DNA from: an uncultured Actinomycetes bacterium
GTDB lineage: Bacteria > Actinomycetota > Thermoleophilia > Solirubrobacterales > 70-9
Assembly: GCA_963760665.1 (NCBI GenBank)
Contig: CAVXDS010000012.1
Coordinates: 2,952-66,951 of the forward strand
Direction: 5' to 3'
DNA length: 64,000 nt
Position numbers and translations under genes: made by a program. Below are positions 29,802 through 39,441 of this stretch, in pieces. Within the stretch, counting starts at the first letter, position 1; the number at the start of each line of letters is the position of its first letter. The notes under the pieces are model-generated. The model worked only from the letters and a program-made list of their open reading frames with translations. It made no database searches and was not told the origin of the DNA.

Positions 29802-30713
29802 GTGGGTCGGATCTTCTTCTTCATAGCCGAGGCGTTCCGGGCTCTGCGTCGCAGCGCGGCGCCAAGCCTGGCGGCGATCGTCACCGTGGTGCTGACGACG
29901 CTCTTGCTCGGCGTGTTCATCCCGGTGATCAAGGCGAGCTCGGCCACGAACGAGAACGTTCGTCAGCAGCTCGCGCTCCGCGTCTTTTTGAACACTGCTG
30001 CGACCAAGAAGCAGGCCCTCGCCGTGAAGAAGAAGATCGACGCGATTCCGCACGTCGAGCGCACCCAATACATCTCGAAGGGCGCCGGGCTCAAGATCCT
30101 GCGCAAGGAGGTGGGCAACGGTCCGCTCAACCAGGGCCTCGGCCAGCTGAAGGGCAACCCGCTGCCTCCTTCGATCAACGTCTACCCGGACGACCCCGAC
30201 AATCTCAACTCCATCCAGTCGGCGATCGTGCCGCCCGGACCCAGCGGCAAGCCGCGGCCGATCAGCCCTGCGATCGACTCGATCAGCAACTCCCAGCAGC
30301 TGGCGCACAAGATTCGCACCGTGACCAATGCGGTGAAGATCATCCTCTCGGTGATCGCGGTCCTGCTCCTGGTCGTATCGCTGATGCTGGTCGCGAACAC
30401 GATCCGGCTCTCGATCTACGCACGGCGCCGCGAGATCGAGGTGATGAAGCTCGTCGGCGCCACGAACTGGTTCATCCGCTGGCCCTTCGTGCTCGAGGGG
30501 CTGATCGTCGGGCTCACGGGCGCCGGGCTCGCCGTCGGCATACTCTTGATCGGGAAGCTGACCATCATCGACCCGCTTTCGCAGAACTTCGTGCTGATCG
30601 ACAACTTCTCGACCATCGGCTTCGTGCCGCTGATCGCCACCCTGATGGCTGCGGCGGTCGTCGTCTCCGCACTCGGCAGCGGCGTGACGCTGCGTCGCTT
30701 CCTCCGCGTTTGA
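29802..30713 (+). CDS. ftsX: cell division permease-like protein FtsX
   Basis: GTG 29802 is preceded by AGGAAGGAG. The protein starts VGRIFFFIAEAFRALRRSAAPSLAAI, has a large extracytoplasmic loop and a C-terminal 3-TM FtsX domain. Confidence 0.88.
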   Translation: MGRIFFFIAEAFRALRRSAAPSLAAIVTVVLTTLLLGVFIPVIKASSATNENVRQQLALRVFLNTAATKKQALAVKKKIDAIPHVERTQYISKGAGLKILRKEVGNGPLNQGLGQLKGNPLPPSINVYPDDPDNLNSIQSAIVPPGPSGKPRPISPAIDSISNSQQLAHKIRTVTNAVKIILSVIAVLLLVVSLMLVANTIRLSIYARRREIEVMKLVGATNWFIRWPFVLEGLIVGLTGAGLAVGILLIGKLTIIDPLSQNFVLIDNFSTIGFVPLIATLMAAAVVVSALGSGVTLRRFLRV

Positions 30714-30735
30714 GCGCACGATCGGACCCGCGCCG

Positions 30736-31929
30736 GTGAAGGGCGGGCCGCAGGTTCAGCGTCGCCGCGGCTTCATCATGGGGTTTGGGGCCGGCGCCGT
30801 GGCGGCGCTCGGTGTGGCGGCGCTGATCGCGGCGATCACAGGTGACCTCAGCAGCTCCGATCTCACCTCCGAGGCGAGCCAGGTGGTCCGCGACGACTAC
30901 TTCAAGCCGGTGAAGAGCCAGGAGCTCGACAACGCGTCGGTCGACGGGATCGTCCGCGAGCTGCGAAAGCGCTACGACGACCGCTTCTCGCACTACCTGG
31001 ACCCTCACCAGCTGCAGCAGTTCGAGACGGCGACCTCGGGACGTTTCTCTGGCGTCGGCCTCACCGTCACCGGCGTGAAGCGCGGGCTGCGGGTGGCGGC
31101 CGTCCTGCCGCGCACGCCGGCCCAGCGCGCCGGGATCAAGGAGGGCGATCTGATCACGGCGGTGAACGGGCGCTCGCTCGCGGGTGTCCCCAGCGAGGTC
31201 GCCACGGCGCGGATCAAGGGACCGCCGGGAACGCCGGTCGAGCTGCGCGTGGTCTCCGGCTCCGGCGGCGGCGGGGCACGCACCATCCAACTCAAGCGTG
31301 CCTCGGTGGCGGTCCCGGTCGCGGTGGGAGAGATCAAGCGAGCGGGCACCAGCAAGGTGGCCTATGTCCGGTACGCGACCTTCAGCGAGGGCGCTCACGG
31401 AGAGCTGGCGTCGACGATCGAGCGACTCGACCGTCAGGGCGCGCAGGGCCTGGTGCTCGATCTGCGGGGTAACGGCGGAGGGCTCCTCAACGAAGGAGTG
31501 CTGTCGGCGAGCCTGTTTCTCGACGAGGGCCAGTTGGTCGTCTCCACCGACAGCCGCACGATGGGCCATCACGACTACGACGCCGTTGGCGACCCGCTAC
31601 CGCGCCACCCGGTCGTGGTCCTGATCAACCACGACACCGCCTCGGCCGCCGAGATCCTCGCCTCGGCGCTGCGGGACCATCACGTGGCGACGATCGTCGG
31701 CACGCGCTCGTTCGGCAAGGGCACCTTCCAGGAGGTCATCCACCTCGGGGCCGGCGGGGCGCTGGACCTCACCGTGGGTCAGTACTTCACGGCGAACGGA
31801 ATCTCGCTTACCGGCAAAGGGATCCAACCCGACGTCAGGGCGGTGGACGATCCGAAGACGCCGCAGGACGAGGCGCTGCGCAAGGCCCTCGCGGTGCTCG
31901 CCGAGAAGATGGCCGTCGAGAACAGGTGA
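30736..31929 (+). CDS. S41 family carboxyl-terminal processing peptidase
   Basis: PDZ domain (GIKEGDLITAVNG), DLRGNGGG, TASAAEILA, SFGKGTFQ. Confidence 0.9.
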   Translation: MKGGPQVQRRRGFIMGFGAGAVAALGVAALIAAITGDLSSSDLTSEASQVVRDDYFKPVKSQELDNASVDGIVRELRKRYDDRFSHYLDPHQLQQFETATSGRFSGVGLTVTGVKRGLRVAAVLPRTPAQRAGIKEGDLITAVNGRSLAGVPSEVATARIKGPPGTPVELRVVSGSGGGGARTIQLKRASVAVPVAVGEIKRAGTSKVAYVRYATFSEGAHGELASTIERLDRQGAQGLVLDLRGNGGGLLNEGVLSASLFLDEGQLVVSTDSRTMGHHDYDAVGDPLPRHPVVVLINHDTASAAEILASALRDHHVATIVGTRSFGKGTFQEVIHLGAGGALDLTVGQYFTANGISLTGKGIQPDVRAVDDPKTPQDEALRKALAVLAEKMAVENR

Positions 31930-31933
31930 ACAG

Positions 31934-33685
31934 GTGAGCCGCCGGCGCGGCGGCGCGCTCGGGCGCCGGGTCGCAACCGTGGAGCGGCGCGGTCGCTTCA
32001 AGATCGCCGAGCCGCTGTTCGAGCGCGGGCCGCAGGTGGCTCTCGCACGGGGCTCGATCGACCTGGGGCCCGGCGAGATCGGGCTGGTCGACTTCGGCCC
32101 GGGCGGCGCCCGTGCCCTGCGTGCGCTCGGCTCGGCCGAGACCGCGCGCGACGTGGTCGCCGCGCTGTTTTGGGACCGCGGGATGGATCGCGGCTTCTCG
32201 GCCGGGCTCGAGTCGGAGGCTGAGGATGCCGCCGTCGCGGCGCGCGCTGCACCACTGGCGCGCCGCGAGCTCGCTCATCTCGCCACCTTCACCGTCGACC
32301 CGGCGACGGCACGCGACTTCGACGACGCCGTCTCGGCCGAGACGGAGGGGGACGCCATACGGCTTTGGATCCACATCGCCGACGTCGCCGCCCATGTTCG
32401 GCCGGGTGGCGGGCTCGACTCCGAGGCGCTTTCGCGCGCTACCAGCACCTACGTGCCGGGGGCGGTCGAGCCGATGCTTCCGGCGGCGCTGAGCGCTGGC
32501 GCCTGCAGCCTGGCCCCGGGGGTGGACCGGCTCGCCGTGACTGCCGAGATCGTGGTCGGCGGTGACGGCGAGCCTCGCTCGGCGAGCTTCTACAGAAGCC
32601 GCATCCGCTCCGACGCCCGCCTCGAATACGACCAGCTGGACGAGTTCTTCGACGGCCGCGCCCAGCCGCCGCCGGAGGTCGCCGAGCCGCTGAACCTCGC
32701 GCGCCGCGCGGCCGCCGCGCTCGCCGCCGCCCGGCCCGCCGGGTCGCTGGAGATCGAGTCGTTCGAGCCGGAGTTCGGCTTCGACGAAGCCGGCAACGTG
32801 ACCGGCGCTCGCTCAGTCCCCCAGACGGAGGCTCACAGGTTGATCGAGCACCTGATGATCCTGACCAACGAGCGGGTCGCCCAGCTCTGCGAGCAGCGCC
32901 GCATCCCAACCCTGTACCGGGTCCACGAGCAGCCCGAGCCGCAGCGGATCGCCTTCCTCGTCGAGCAGCTCGCCGCCCTGGACGTGCCGACGCCGCCCCT
33001 GCCCGAACAGCTGTCCCCGAGTCAGGCCGGCGAGCTCGCGGGCGAGATCAGCCGCGCCGTGGCCCGCGAGGCGAAGCGGCGCGGGCACGGCCGGGACGCG
33101 TATACATCTCTCGTGCTTCGCTCCTTGAAGCAGGCCTACTACTCAGAGCGCAATCTCGGTCACGCCGGGCTCGGCAGCTCCGCCTACGCGCACTTCACCT
33201 CGCCGATCCGCCGTTATCCCGACCTCGTCGCTCACCGCTCGCTCCTGTCCGCGATCGGAGCGGGAGAGGACCAGCCCCATCCCGGAACTGTGAGCGATGC
33301 CGGCTGGCACTGCTCCGAGCGTGAGCGCGAGGCCACGGCGATCGAGCGCGACGCCGACCGCGTCTGCGCGTCCTTCCTTCTCGGGCGGGAGCTATTCGAG
33401 TCGGGCTGGAAGCGCAGCTTCGAAGGCGAGATCTCCGGCGTGATCCGCGCCGGCGCGTTCGTGCGATTCAGCGGCGAGCTCGGGGACGCCTATGAGGGAC
33501 TGCTGCCCGTCAGGATGCTGCGAGAGGAGCGATTCGACCTGAATCAAACGGAGACCGCCCTGGTGGGACAACGGAGCGGCCGCGCGCTGCGACTGGGCGA
33601 CCCGATCGCCGTGCGGGTGGATTCGGTCGATGCTCCGCGCGGACGCGTGGACCTCGTGCCGGGAGAGGGGGGCGACGATGGCTAA
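31934..33685 (+). CDS. rnr: ribonuclease R / RNase II family exoribonuclease
   Basis: RNB domain (DPATARDFDDAVS, HIADVA, YFTSPIRRYPDLVAHR) plus a C-terminal S1 domain (GVIRAGAFVRF). It precedes smpB, as is common. Confidence 0.88.
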   Translation: MSRRRGGALGRRVATVERRGRFKIAEPLFERGPQVALARGSIDLGPGEIGLVDFGPGGARALRALGSAETARDVVAALFWDRGMDRGFSAGLESEAEDAAVAARAAPLARRELAHLATFTVDPATARDFDDAVSAETEGDAIRLWIHIADVAAHVRPGGGLDSEALSRATSTYVPGAVEPMLPAALSAGACSLAPGVDRLAVTAEIVVGGDGEPRSASFYRSRIRSDARLEYDQLDEFFDGRAQPPPEVAEPLNLARRAAAALAAARPAGSLEIESFEPEFGFDEAGNVTGARSVPQTEAHRLIEHLMILTNERVAQLCEQRRIPTLYRVHEQPEPQRIAFLVEQLAALDVPTPPLPEQLSPSQAGELAGEISRAVAREAKRRGHGRDAYTSLVLRSLKQAYYSERNLGHAGLGSSAYAHFTSPIRRYPDLVAHRSLLSAIGAGEDQPHPGTVSDAGWHCSEREREATAIERDADRVCASFLLGRELFESGWKRSFEGEISGVIRAGAFVRFSGELGDAYEGLLPVRMLREERFDLNQTETALVGQRSGRALRLGDPIAVRVDSVDAPRGRVDLVPGEGGDDG

Positions 33686-34163
33686 GGGCAAGCGCGGTGC
33701 GCGCAAGCCCGCGTCCGGCGACGTCGCCACCAACCGCCGGGCCGGGCACAAGTTCGAGCTGCTCGACCGGTTCGAGTGCGGGATCGAGTTGCTGGGGACC
33801 GAGGTCAAGGCACTGCGGGAGGGCAAGGCGCAACTCGGTGACGCCTATGCCGTGATCGAGCGCGGCGAGGTGTGGCTGCGCAACGCCCACATCCCGCCCT
33901 ACGCCCCGGCGGCCAGCGCAAACCACGATCCCGAGCGGCCCCGCAAGCTGCTCCTTCACCGTCACGAGATCGAGCGCCTCGTCGGTCGCAGCCAGCGGCG
34001 CGGCCTGACCCTGATCCCCACCAGGATGTACTTCAAGGGCCCGTGGGCGAAGGTTGAGCTGGCCCTGGCTCGGGGCAAGCAGCAGCATGACCGCCGCCAT
34101 CAGATCCGCGACCGTGATCTCCAGCGCGAGGTCGAGCGCGAGCACCGTCGGCGCCTTCGTTGA
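33678..34163 (+). CDS. smpB: SsrA-binding protein
   Basis: ATG 33678. ATNRRAGHKFELLDRFECGIELLGTEVKALR...NAHIPPY...HDPERPRKLLLHRHEI...GLTLIPTRMYF. Confidence 0.93.
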   Translation: MAKGKRGARKPASGDVATNRRAGHKFELLDRFECGIELLGTEVKALREGKAQLGDAYAVIERGEVWLRNAHIPPYAPAASANHDPERPRKLLLHRHEIERLVGRSQRRGLTLIPTRMYFKGPWAKVELALARGKQQHDRRHQIRDRDLQREVEREHRRRLR

Positions 34164-34298
34164 CGGATTGAACAGCCCCTGACGTGGCTATCCAGCGACG
34201 ATCCTGGGCGGCATCTGCGCTGCGGCGCTGCATTCCGTTGGCTGCTCCACGGGCGGTGGTGCCCACATGCAGGGCTTTCGCATGCGAGGATTACGGCG

Positions 34299-36482
34299 AT
34301 GCGTTCGTTCAGACTCAGTCGCCGCAAGGAAGGCGAGGACGCGAACGAGCAGGGTTCGGAGCCGCCGCAGTCCGCCCCTGAGAGCTCGGCCGGGTCCACG
34401 CCCCCTCCTTCCGCGGGTCAATCTTCGGCCACGCCCGAGGCGCCCGCCTCGGCGCCCGAGCAACCTGCGCCCGCCCAGCCCGAGACCCGACGCGAGCGCC
34501 GCAAGCGCGAACGAGACGAGCGCCGCCACCGCGACGAGGAGGAGAAGCGCCGAAAGCTCGCTGAGCGCGAGCTGGCGAAAAGCAAGAGCGAGAAGCTGAA
34601 GGAGGAGCAGCGCCAGGCCCAGGAGGCCGAGCGTCCGAAAAAGGAGGCTGACCGCCCTCCCGAAACGCCAAGCGTCACCCCGCAAACGCAGCCGGCCACA
34701 GCGACCCCCCAGCCGGTCGAGACGACCGAGAAGGAGCCGCGCTCCGCCCGCCGCCGGCGCCAGCGCCAGGAGCGCCGTGTCACCCGGGCCCAGGAGCGCG
34801 AGCGCGCAAAGCAGGAGCGCGAAAGGGTGCTCGAGGAGCGGCGAAGGGCGCGCGAGGAGCAGCGGCGCACCCAACAGGACGAGCGCCGCGCGAAGCGGGA
34901 GTCGCGCAAGGGGGCCGGCCAGGAGCCTGCCACCGAGCCGCCGGCGGCCCAAGCACCGCCGGCCGGTGCGGAGGTCCCAGGACTGGTGTCGGCCGAGGCG
35001 GTCACCGGACTGATGCCGGCCGCGCCGCGCACGCCCGGACCGCAGGCCACAGGACCGCAGGCCGCCAGAACCGCCGGCCGCAGAGCCGCCGGCCGCCGAG
35101 CCGCCGGCCGCCGAGCCGCCGGCCGCCGAGCCGCCCGCCGCCGAGGCGAAGCCTCAGGAGGTCGTACCCGGTGAGCCGGAGCAGCCTGCGCCGGTCCCGG
35201 GGCCCGGCGGCCAGCGAGCCGACGAGGAGCGTGCGGTCCGCGATGCGGCCGAACGCGCGGCGCAGGCTCGGCTGGAGGAGGTCGAGCACAGGCGCGCCGA
35301 GAGTGCGGCGGCGGGTGAGGAGGAGCGAATCCGGGCTGAGGCGGAGCGGCGGATCCGTGAGGCCGAGGGCAGGCAGCGAGAGGCGGAGGGAAGGCAGCGA
35401 GAGGCGGAGGAGCGTATCGAGAGGGCGGGAGAGGAAGCCGACGAGCGCATCCGCGAGGCCGACGAGGCCTCGAAGCGTCTCGAGGCGGTAGAGGCGCAGG
35501 CTGCCGCAATGGAGCAGAGCGGGGAGGACCGTGAGGCGCTTTTGGCCGAACTGCGCGGGGCCGAGGACCAGCTCGCCGGCCGCCACGCCCAGGAGGAGGA
35601 TTTGGCCCGCGAGCTGCAGCAGACCGAGTCGCGACTCGCGGACGAGCAGCGTCGTACGGCCGACGCGCTCGAGCGCGCCACCAAGCAACTCGAGGAAGTA
35701 GAGGCGCGCGCCAAGGAGGCCGAGTCCCGGGCGGCGCGGGCGGACCGACTCGCGAAGCTGAAGACTGAGGAGATAGAGCGCGAGAAACGCCTGAGGGAAA
35801 TGCTTGATCGGATTGCTCAGGCCGAGCAGCGTGCCTCCGAGGCCGAGCGGCGGGCCCGCGACACGGTCAACAAGATCGCCGAGCTGGGCTCCGAGTCCCG
35901 GCCACCCGGAGCTCCCGTCGAGCCGCCTCCACCTGCACCCAAGCCGCCGGCGCACAATCCCGAGTCCCGCCAGGGGCCACCGCCGCCGAAGCCGCCTGCA
36001 TACAACCCCGCGCCGCCGCCCCCACCTGGGCCTCTCGGGCCACAGCGAACCCCGCCGCCTGCGCCGCAGGCCCCCTCGGCGGGGACGGCTGAGCCCGAAG
36101 ATCCGGCGGACCCGGCCGAGCCAGAGGAGCCCCACCCGATCGCCGAGCCGGCGGATCCGCCGGCCGCCGCGACCCGCCAGCCGATCCGCGGGCCGACCCG
36201 CTGGACGAGCCGCCAGCCGACCCCCGCGCCGACATCCCTGCGCCGAGCCGGATTTCAAGTGCCCCCGAGCAATCCTCAGCGCCCGGCCCCGAAGGCAAGC
36301 TCGACCTCAACCAGGCGACCTACGACCAGCTGCGCCAGCTGAAGCTGTCGGTCACGCAGACGGGCCGGGTGCTTGCCTACCGCGACCGCTTGGGCGGCTT
36401 CACGTCGTTAGACGAGCTGGACGACATCGTCGGCTTCCCGCGCGCCATGCTCGCCGAGCTGAAGCGACAGCTGACGATTTAG
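34299..36482 (+). CDS. large coiled-coil / proline-rich protein with a C-terminal ComEA-like helix-hairpin-helix domain; two apparent frame disruptions
   Basis: Frame 0 runs 34299 to ~35067 (charged RRERRKRERDERRH...). The frame of ORF 35509.. is open from 35013 and runs ~35068 to ~36169 (PAAEP repeats, long E/R/A coiled coil, PPPP tracts). Frame 0 resumes at ~36170 and runs to 36482 (DPPADPRADPLDEPPADP...GKLDLNQATYDQLRQLKLSVTQTGRVLAYRDRLGGFTSLDELDDIVGFPRAMLAELKRQLTI). Confidence 0.6.
35071..35145 (+). repeat. five tandem 15-nt repeats (ccgccggccgcCgag) encoding (PPAAE)x5
   Basis: Read directly from the sequence. Copies 2-4 are identical and copies 1 and 5 differ by one base each. Confidence 0.9.
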
Positions 36483-37855
36483 AGCCCGTAGCTCTCCATC
36501 AACTTGAGCCAGACCTCGCTCCGGGTGGGGAACGCGGGCACCGCGTGCCACAGGCGCTCCAGCGGGACCTCGCCGGCGACCGCGATGGTAGCGGCGTGCA
36601 GGAAGTCCGCCGTCTCGGGGCCGACGAAGGTCGCGCCGACGAGCACCCGCCGCTCCTCGTCCACAACGATCCGGGTGGTCCCCGGCATGTTGCGCCCGTG
36701 AAAGCTCGCCCCGGCGGTGTCCGAGGTGGGGACGTCGACGGCCCGGGCGTCGATCCCGGCCTCCTGAGCCCCGGCCAGCGTGTAGCCGACCGCCGCGACC
36801 TCGGGGTCGGTGAAGGTGACCCGCGGAGAGCCTTGCTTGTCTGCCGTCGCGGTGACCTCCTTGCCCAGGATGTTGTCGCAGGCGATCCGTCCCTGGTACT
36901 TGCCCATGTGGGTCAGGAGCGCCCTGCCGTTCACGTCGCCGATCGCGTACAGCCAGTCGGTGCCACCGACCCGGAGCCGGTCGTCCACCTCGAGCCAGCG
37001 CTCGGCGTCGATCCCGACCGTCTCGAGGCCGATGCCGTGGGTGCGGGCCCGGCGGCCGATCGCGACCAGCAGCTCCTCGCCGTTAACGCTGTCTCCCCCT
37101 TCCAACTCCACGCTCACCTCGCCGCTCTCGCCGCTCTCGCCGCGGACGGCGGACGCCTTGGCGCCGGCGCGCACGTCCACGCCGGCGTCGCGCAAAGCGT
37201 CGCTGACCTGCTGGCTGGCAAACGGCTCCTCGTTCGGAAGCAGGCGGTCCATCGCCTCGATCAGGGCGACCTGCGCGCCGAAGCTTCGCCAGGCCTGGGC
37301 CATCTCGGCGCCGACGGGGCCGCCTCCCAGCACCACGAGGCTTTCCGGGACCCGCTTCGACGTCGTCGCGTCGCGGTTGTCCCACGGCCTCGCGTCGGCG
37401 AGCCCATCGATCGGAGGAATCGCCGCCCCCGATCCGGTGGCGATGACGACGGCCGTTCGAGCCCCGAGGGTGTCGTCGCCGACCTTCACGCGCCGCTCGC
37501 CGTCGAGCGCCCCGTGCCCGCGGACCAGCTCGATGCCCCGATCCTGCAGCCAGGGAAGCTGCACCGAGTCGTCAAGGTCGTGGACCACCTCGTCGCGGCG
37601 GGCAAGCGCCGCTTCGGGGTCCAGCCTGCCCGTGATCGCCTCCGCGGCGCCGGGAACTCGTCGCACCTCGGCGAGCGCTTCGGCCGGGCGCAGCAGGGCC
37701 TTTGACGGCATGCACGCGTAGTACGAGCACTCGCCGCCGACCAGGTGGTCCTCGACGATCGCGACCTCGAGCCCAGCGTCGGCGAGTCGACCGGCGCACA
37801 CCTCCCCGGGTGGGCCCGCGCCGATGAGTACAACGTCGAATTCACGTTCGCTCAT
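36479..37855 (-). CDS. class I pyridine nucleotide-disulfide oxidoreductase (dihydrolipoyl dehydrogenase / mercuric-reductase-like)
   Basis: FAD motif VVLIGAGPPG, redox-active GGECSYYACMPSK (CxxxxC), NAD motif VVLGGGPVGAEM, and a C-terminal dimerisation domain with HAVPAFPT. Confidence 0.8.
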   Translation of the reverse strand: MSEREFDVVLIGAGPPGEVCAGRLADAGLEVAIVEDHLVGGECSYYACMPSKALLRPAEALAEVRRVPGAAEAITGRLDPEAALARRDEVVHDLDDSVQLPWLQDRGIELVRGHGALDGERRVKVGDDTLGARTAVVIATGSGAAIPPIDGLADARPWDNRDATTSKRVPESLVVLGGGPVGAEMAQAWRSFGAQVALIEAMDRLLPNEEPFASQQVSDALRDAGVDVRAGAKASAVRGESGESGEVSVELEGGDSVNGEELLVAIGRRARTHGIGLETVGIDAERWLEVDDRLRVGGTDWLYAIGDVNGRALLTHMGKYQGRIACDNILGKEVTATADKQGSPRVTFTDPEVAAVGYTLAGAQEAGIDARAVDVPTSDTAGASFHGRNMPGTTRIVVDEERRVLVGATFVGPETADFLHAATIAVAGEVPLERLWHAVPAFPTRSEVWLKLMESYGL

Positions 37856-37876
37856 TGGCTTCTCCTCCGTGTTGGT

Positions 37877-38398
37877 TTACCGCTCAGATGTCAGCTCCTT
37901 CGGCTTCACGTAAGCCACCAGCTCGGCGCTTCCCGGCCCCAGCTCGCTCCAATCGCCGGCGAACAGGAGGGTCGCCAGGGCCCCTGTGGGGAACTTCGCC
38001 CTGACCCGCGCGAGGTCGACCCCATCGCCGGCCAGGTCGAGGGTGAGCTCTTGGATCGCCGGCTGGTGCGTGACCACCATCACCGACTCCACGTCGGGCG
38101 GCACCTCTCGGAGCCGTTGAAGGAGGCTCTCGCTCGACGCTCCGTACAGCCCGTCCTCGAAGCTCACGTCGGCCCGACCCGGCGCGGGCATGACCCGTTC
38201 CAGCGTTTCGCGCGTTCGCCTCGCCGACGAGCACAGCACGAGGGACGGCGTGATCTGCTCCCGCCCCAGGTGCTCTCGGATCAGCTTCGACGCTCGCCGT
38301 CCCCGCCCTGACAGGGGCCGCTCGTGATCGTCGAGGCCGGGGTCATCCCAGCTCGACTTCGCGTGACGTAGGAGGAAGAGGCGCTTCACCGGGATCAA
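37877..38398 (-). CDS. histidine phosphatase family protein (SixA-like)
   Basis: LFLLRHAKS...RPLSGRGRR is the RHG catalytic motif. 173 aa. Confidence 0.78.
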   Translation of the reverse strand: MIPVKRLFLLRHAKSSWDDPGLDDHERPLSGRGRRASKLIREHLGREQITPSLVLCSSARRTRETLERVMPAPGRADVSFEDGLYGASSESLLQRLREVPPDVESVMVVTHQPAIQELTLDLAGDGVDLARVRAKFPTGALATLLFAGDWSELGPGSAELVAYVKPKELTSER

Positions 38399-38527
38399 AG
38401 GGTGACCTATGTGCGGGCCGCAAGGGGTCCAGCGGGCCGCCGACCACGCCCGGACCTCTCGGTGACGTGTGGCTCGGCCGTCGACGATCCTGCTCGACCC
38501 GGCTGCCGCTTCGCTGGCCGAGGCGCG

Positions 38528-39391
38528 CTACCCGCTCGGGATTCCCCGCGACAGGAACGTTTCGGCTACCCCGACCGCGAGCAGCGCCGCCAGCCCCAGA
38601 TAGGTGACGGCGACCAGCGCCCTGGTGCGGGCGGGGATCGCGTGGTAGGCGCGGCCCTCGGGCGTGTTTCGAAGCTTCCAGCGCCGCCAGCTCTCCATCC
38701 CGCCGAACACCAGCACCAGGAACAGGATCGGGTTCGGGAAGAAGAAAGCGAGTGCGACCAGCGCGGCGAGGCCGACCAGCCAGATCCAGGGGCTGAGCGC
38801 GGCCATGGCGCGCCCGCCGTCGAGCGGGAGCACCGGGAGCAGATTCAGCAGGTTGAGGAAGAAGCCGATGTAGGCGAGCGCTCGCCAGAAGTCGTTTCCG
38901 GTGGCCAGCCAGAGGGCCAGCGGCACGAGCGTCGCGATGCTTCCGAGCACCGGGCCGGCGAGCCCAACCCGGGCCTCGGCAGCGGCGTCGCGCCCCATCG
39001 ACTTGGCGGAGATCACGGCACCCAGGAAGGGGATGAACATCGGCGCCGAGGCCTTGACCCCCTCGCGGCGCAGCTGGATCACGTGCCCGAGCTCGTGCAG
39101 GAACAACAACGCCACGAAGCCGGCGGCGAATGGAAAGCCCCAGATCAACGCATAGGCGGCGATCGAGACGAAGGCGGAGCCGAACGTGGTCAGGAGCTTC
39201 AGCTTCGGCGCCAGCAGGATCAGAGCCTTGGCCTGGGTGCCGAGCTTGGCGAGCAGGACGCCCAGGGCCGCGATTGCGCCGCCGATCCGCTTCAGCGGGC
39301 CCGGTCGCTCGGGACGTCCCGAGCCGGGCTGGATCGGCTCGTAGCTCAGGCTCTCGGTCGCGCTCTCGGCCACCAGGGGAACATTCTCCAT
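38528..39391 (-). CDS. M50 family site-2 metalloprotease-like membrane protein
   Basis: HELGH zinc motif in a TM helix and LNLLPVLPLDGG (the NxxPxxxLDG motif). ATG 39391 is chosen because the longer ORF (to 39544) would overlap the tmRNA. Confidence 0.8.
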   Translation of the reverse strand: MENVPLVAESATESLSYEPIQPGSGRPERPGPLKRIGGAIAALGVLLAKLGTQAKALILLAPKLKLLTTFGSAFVSIAAYALIWGFPFAAGFVALLFLHELGHVIQLRREGVKASAPMFIPFLGAVISAKSMGRDAAAEARVGLAGPVLGSIATLVPLALWLATGNDFWRALAYIGFFLNLLNLLPVLPLDGGRAMAALSPWIWLVGLAALVALAFFFPNPILFLVLVFGGMESWRRWKLRNTPEGRAYHAIPARTRALVAVTYLGLAALLAVGVAETFLSRGIPSG

Positions 39392-39441
39392 TACTTCAGT
39401 AAATGTAGCCTGACCGGTAGAATCGTCAAACGACATAGCAC

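Noticed and set aside
35071-35145. CRISPR-like repeat array
   Set aside because: The repeats are contiguous 15-mers with no spacers. They lie inside a coding frame and encode PPAAE. No cas genes are present in the window.
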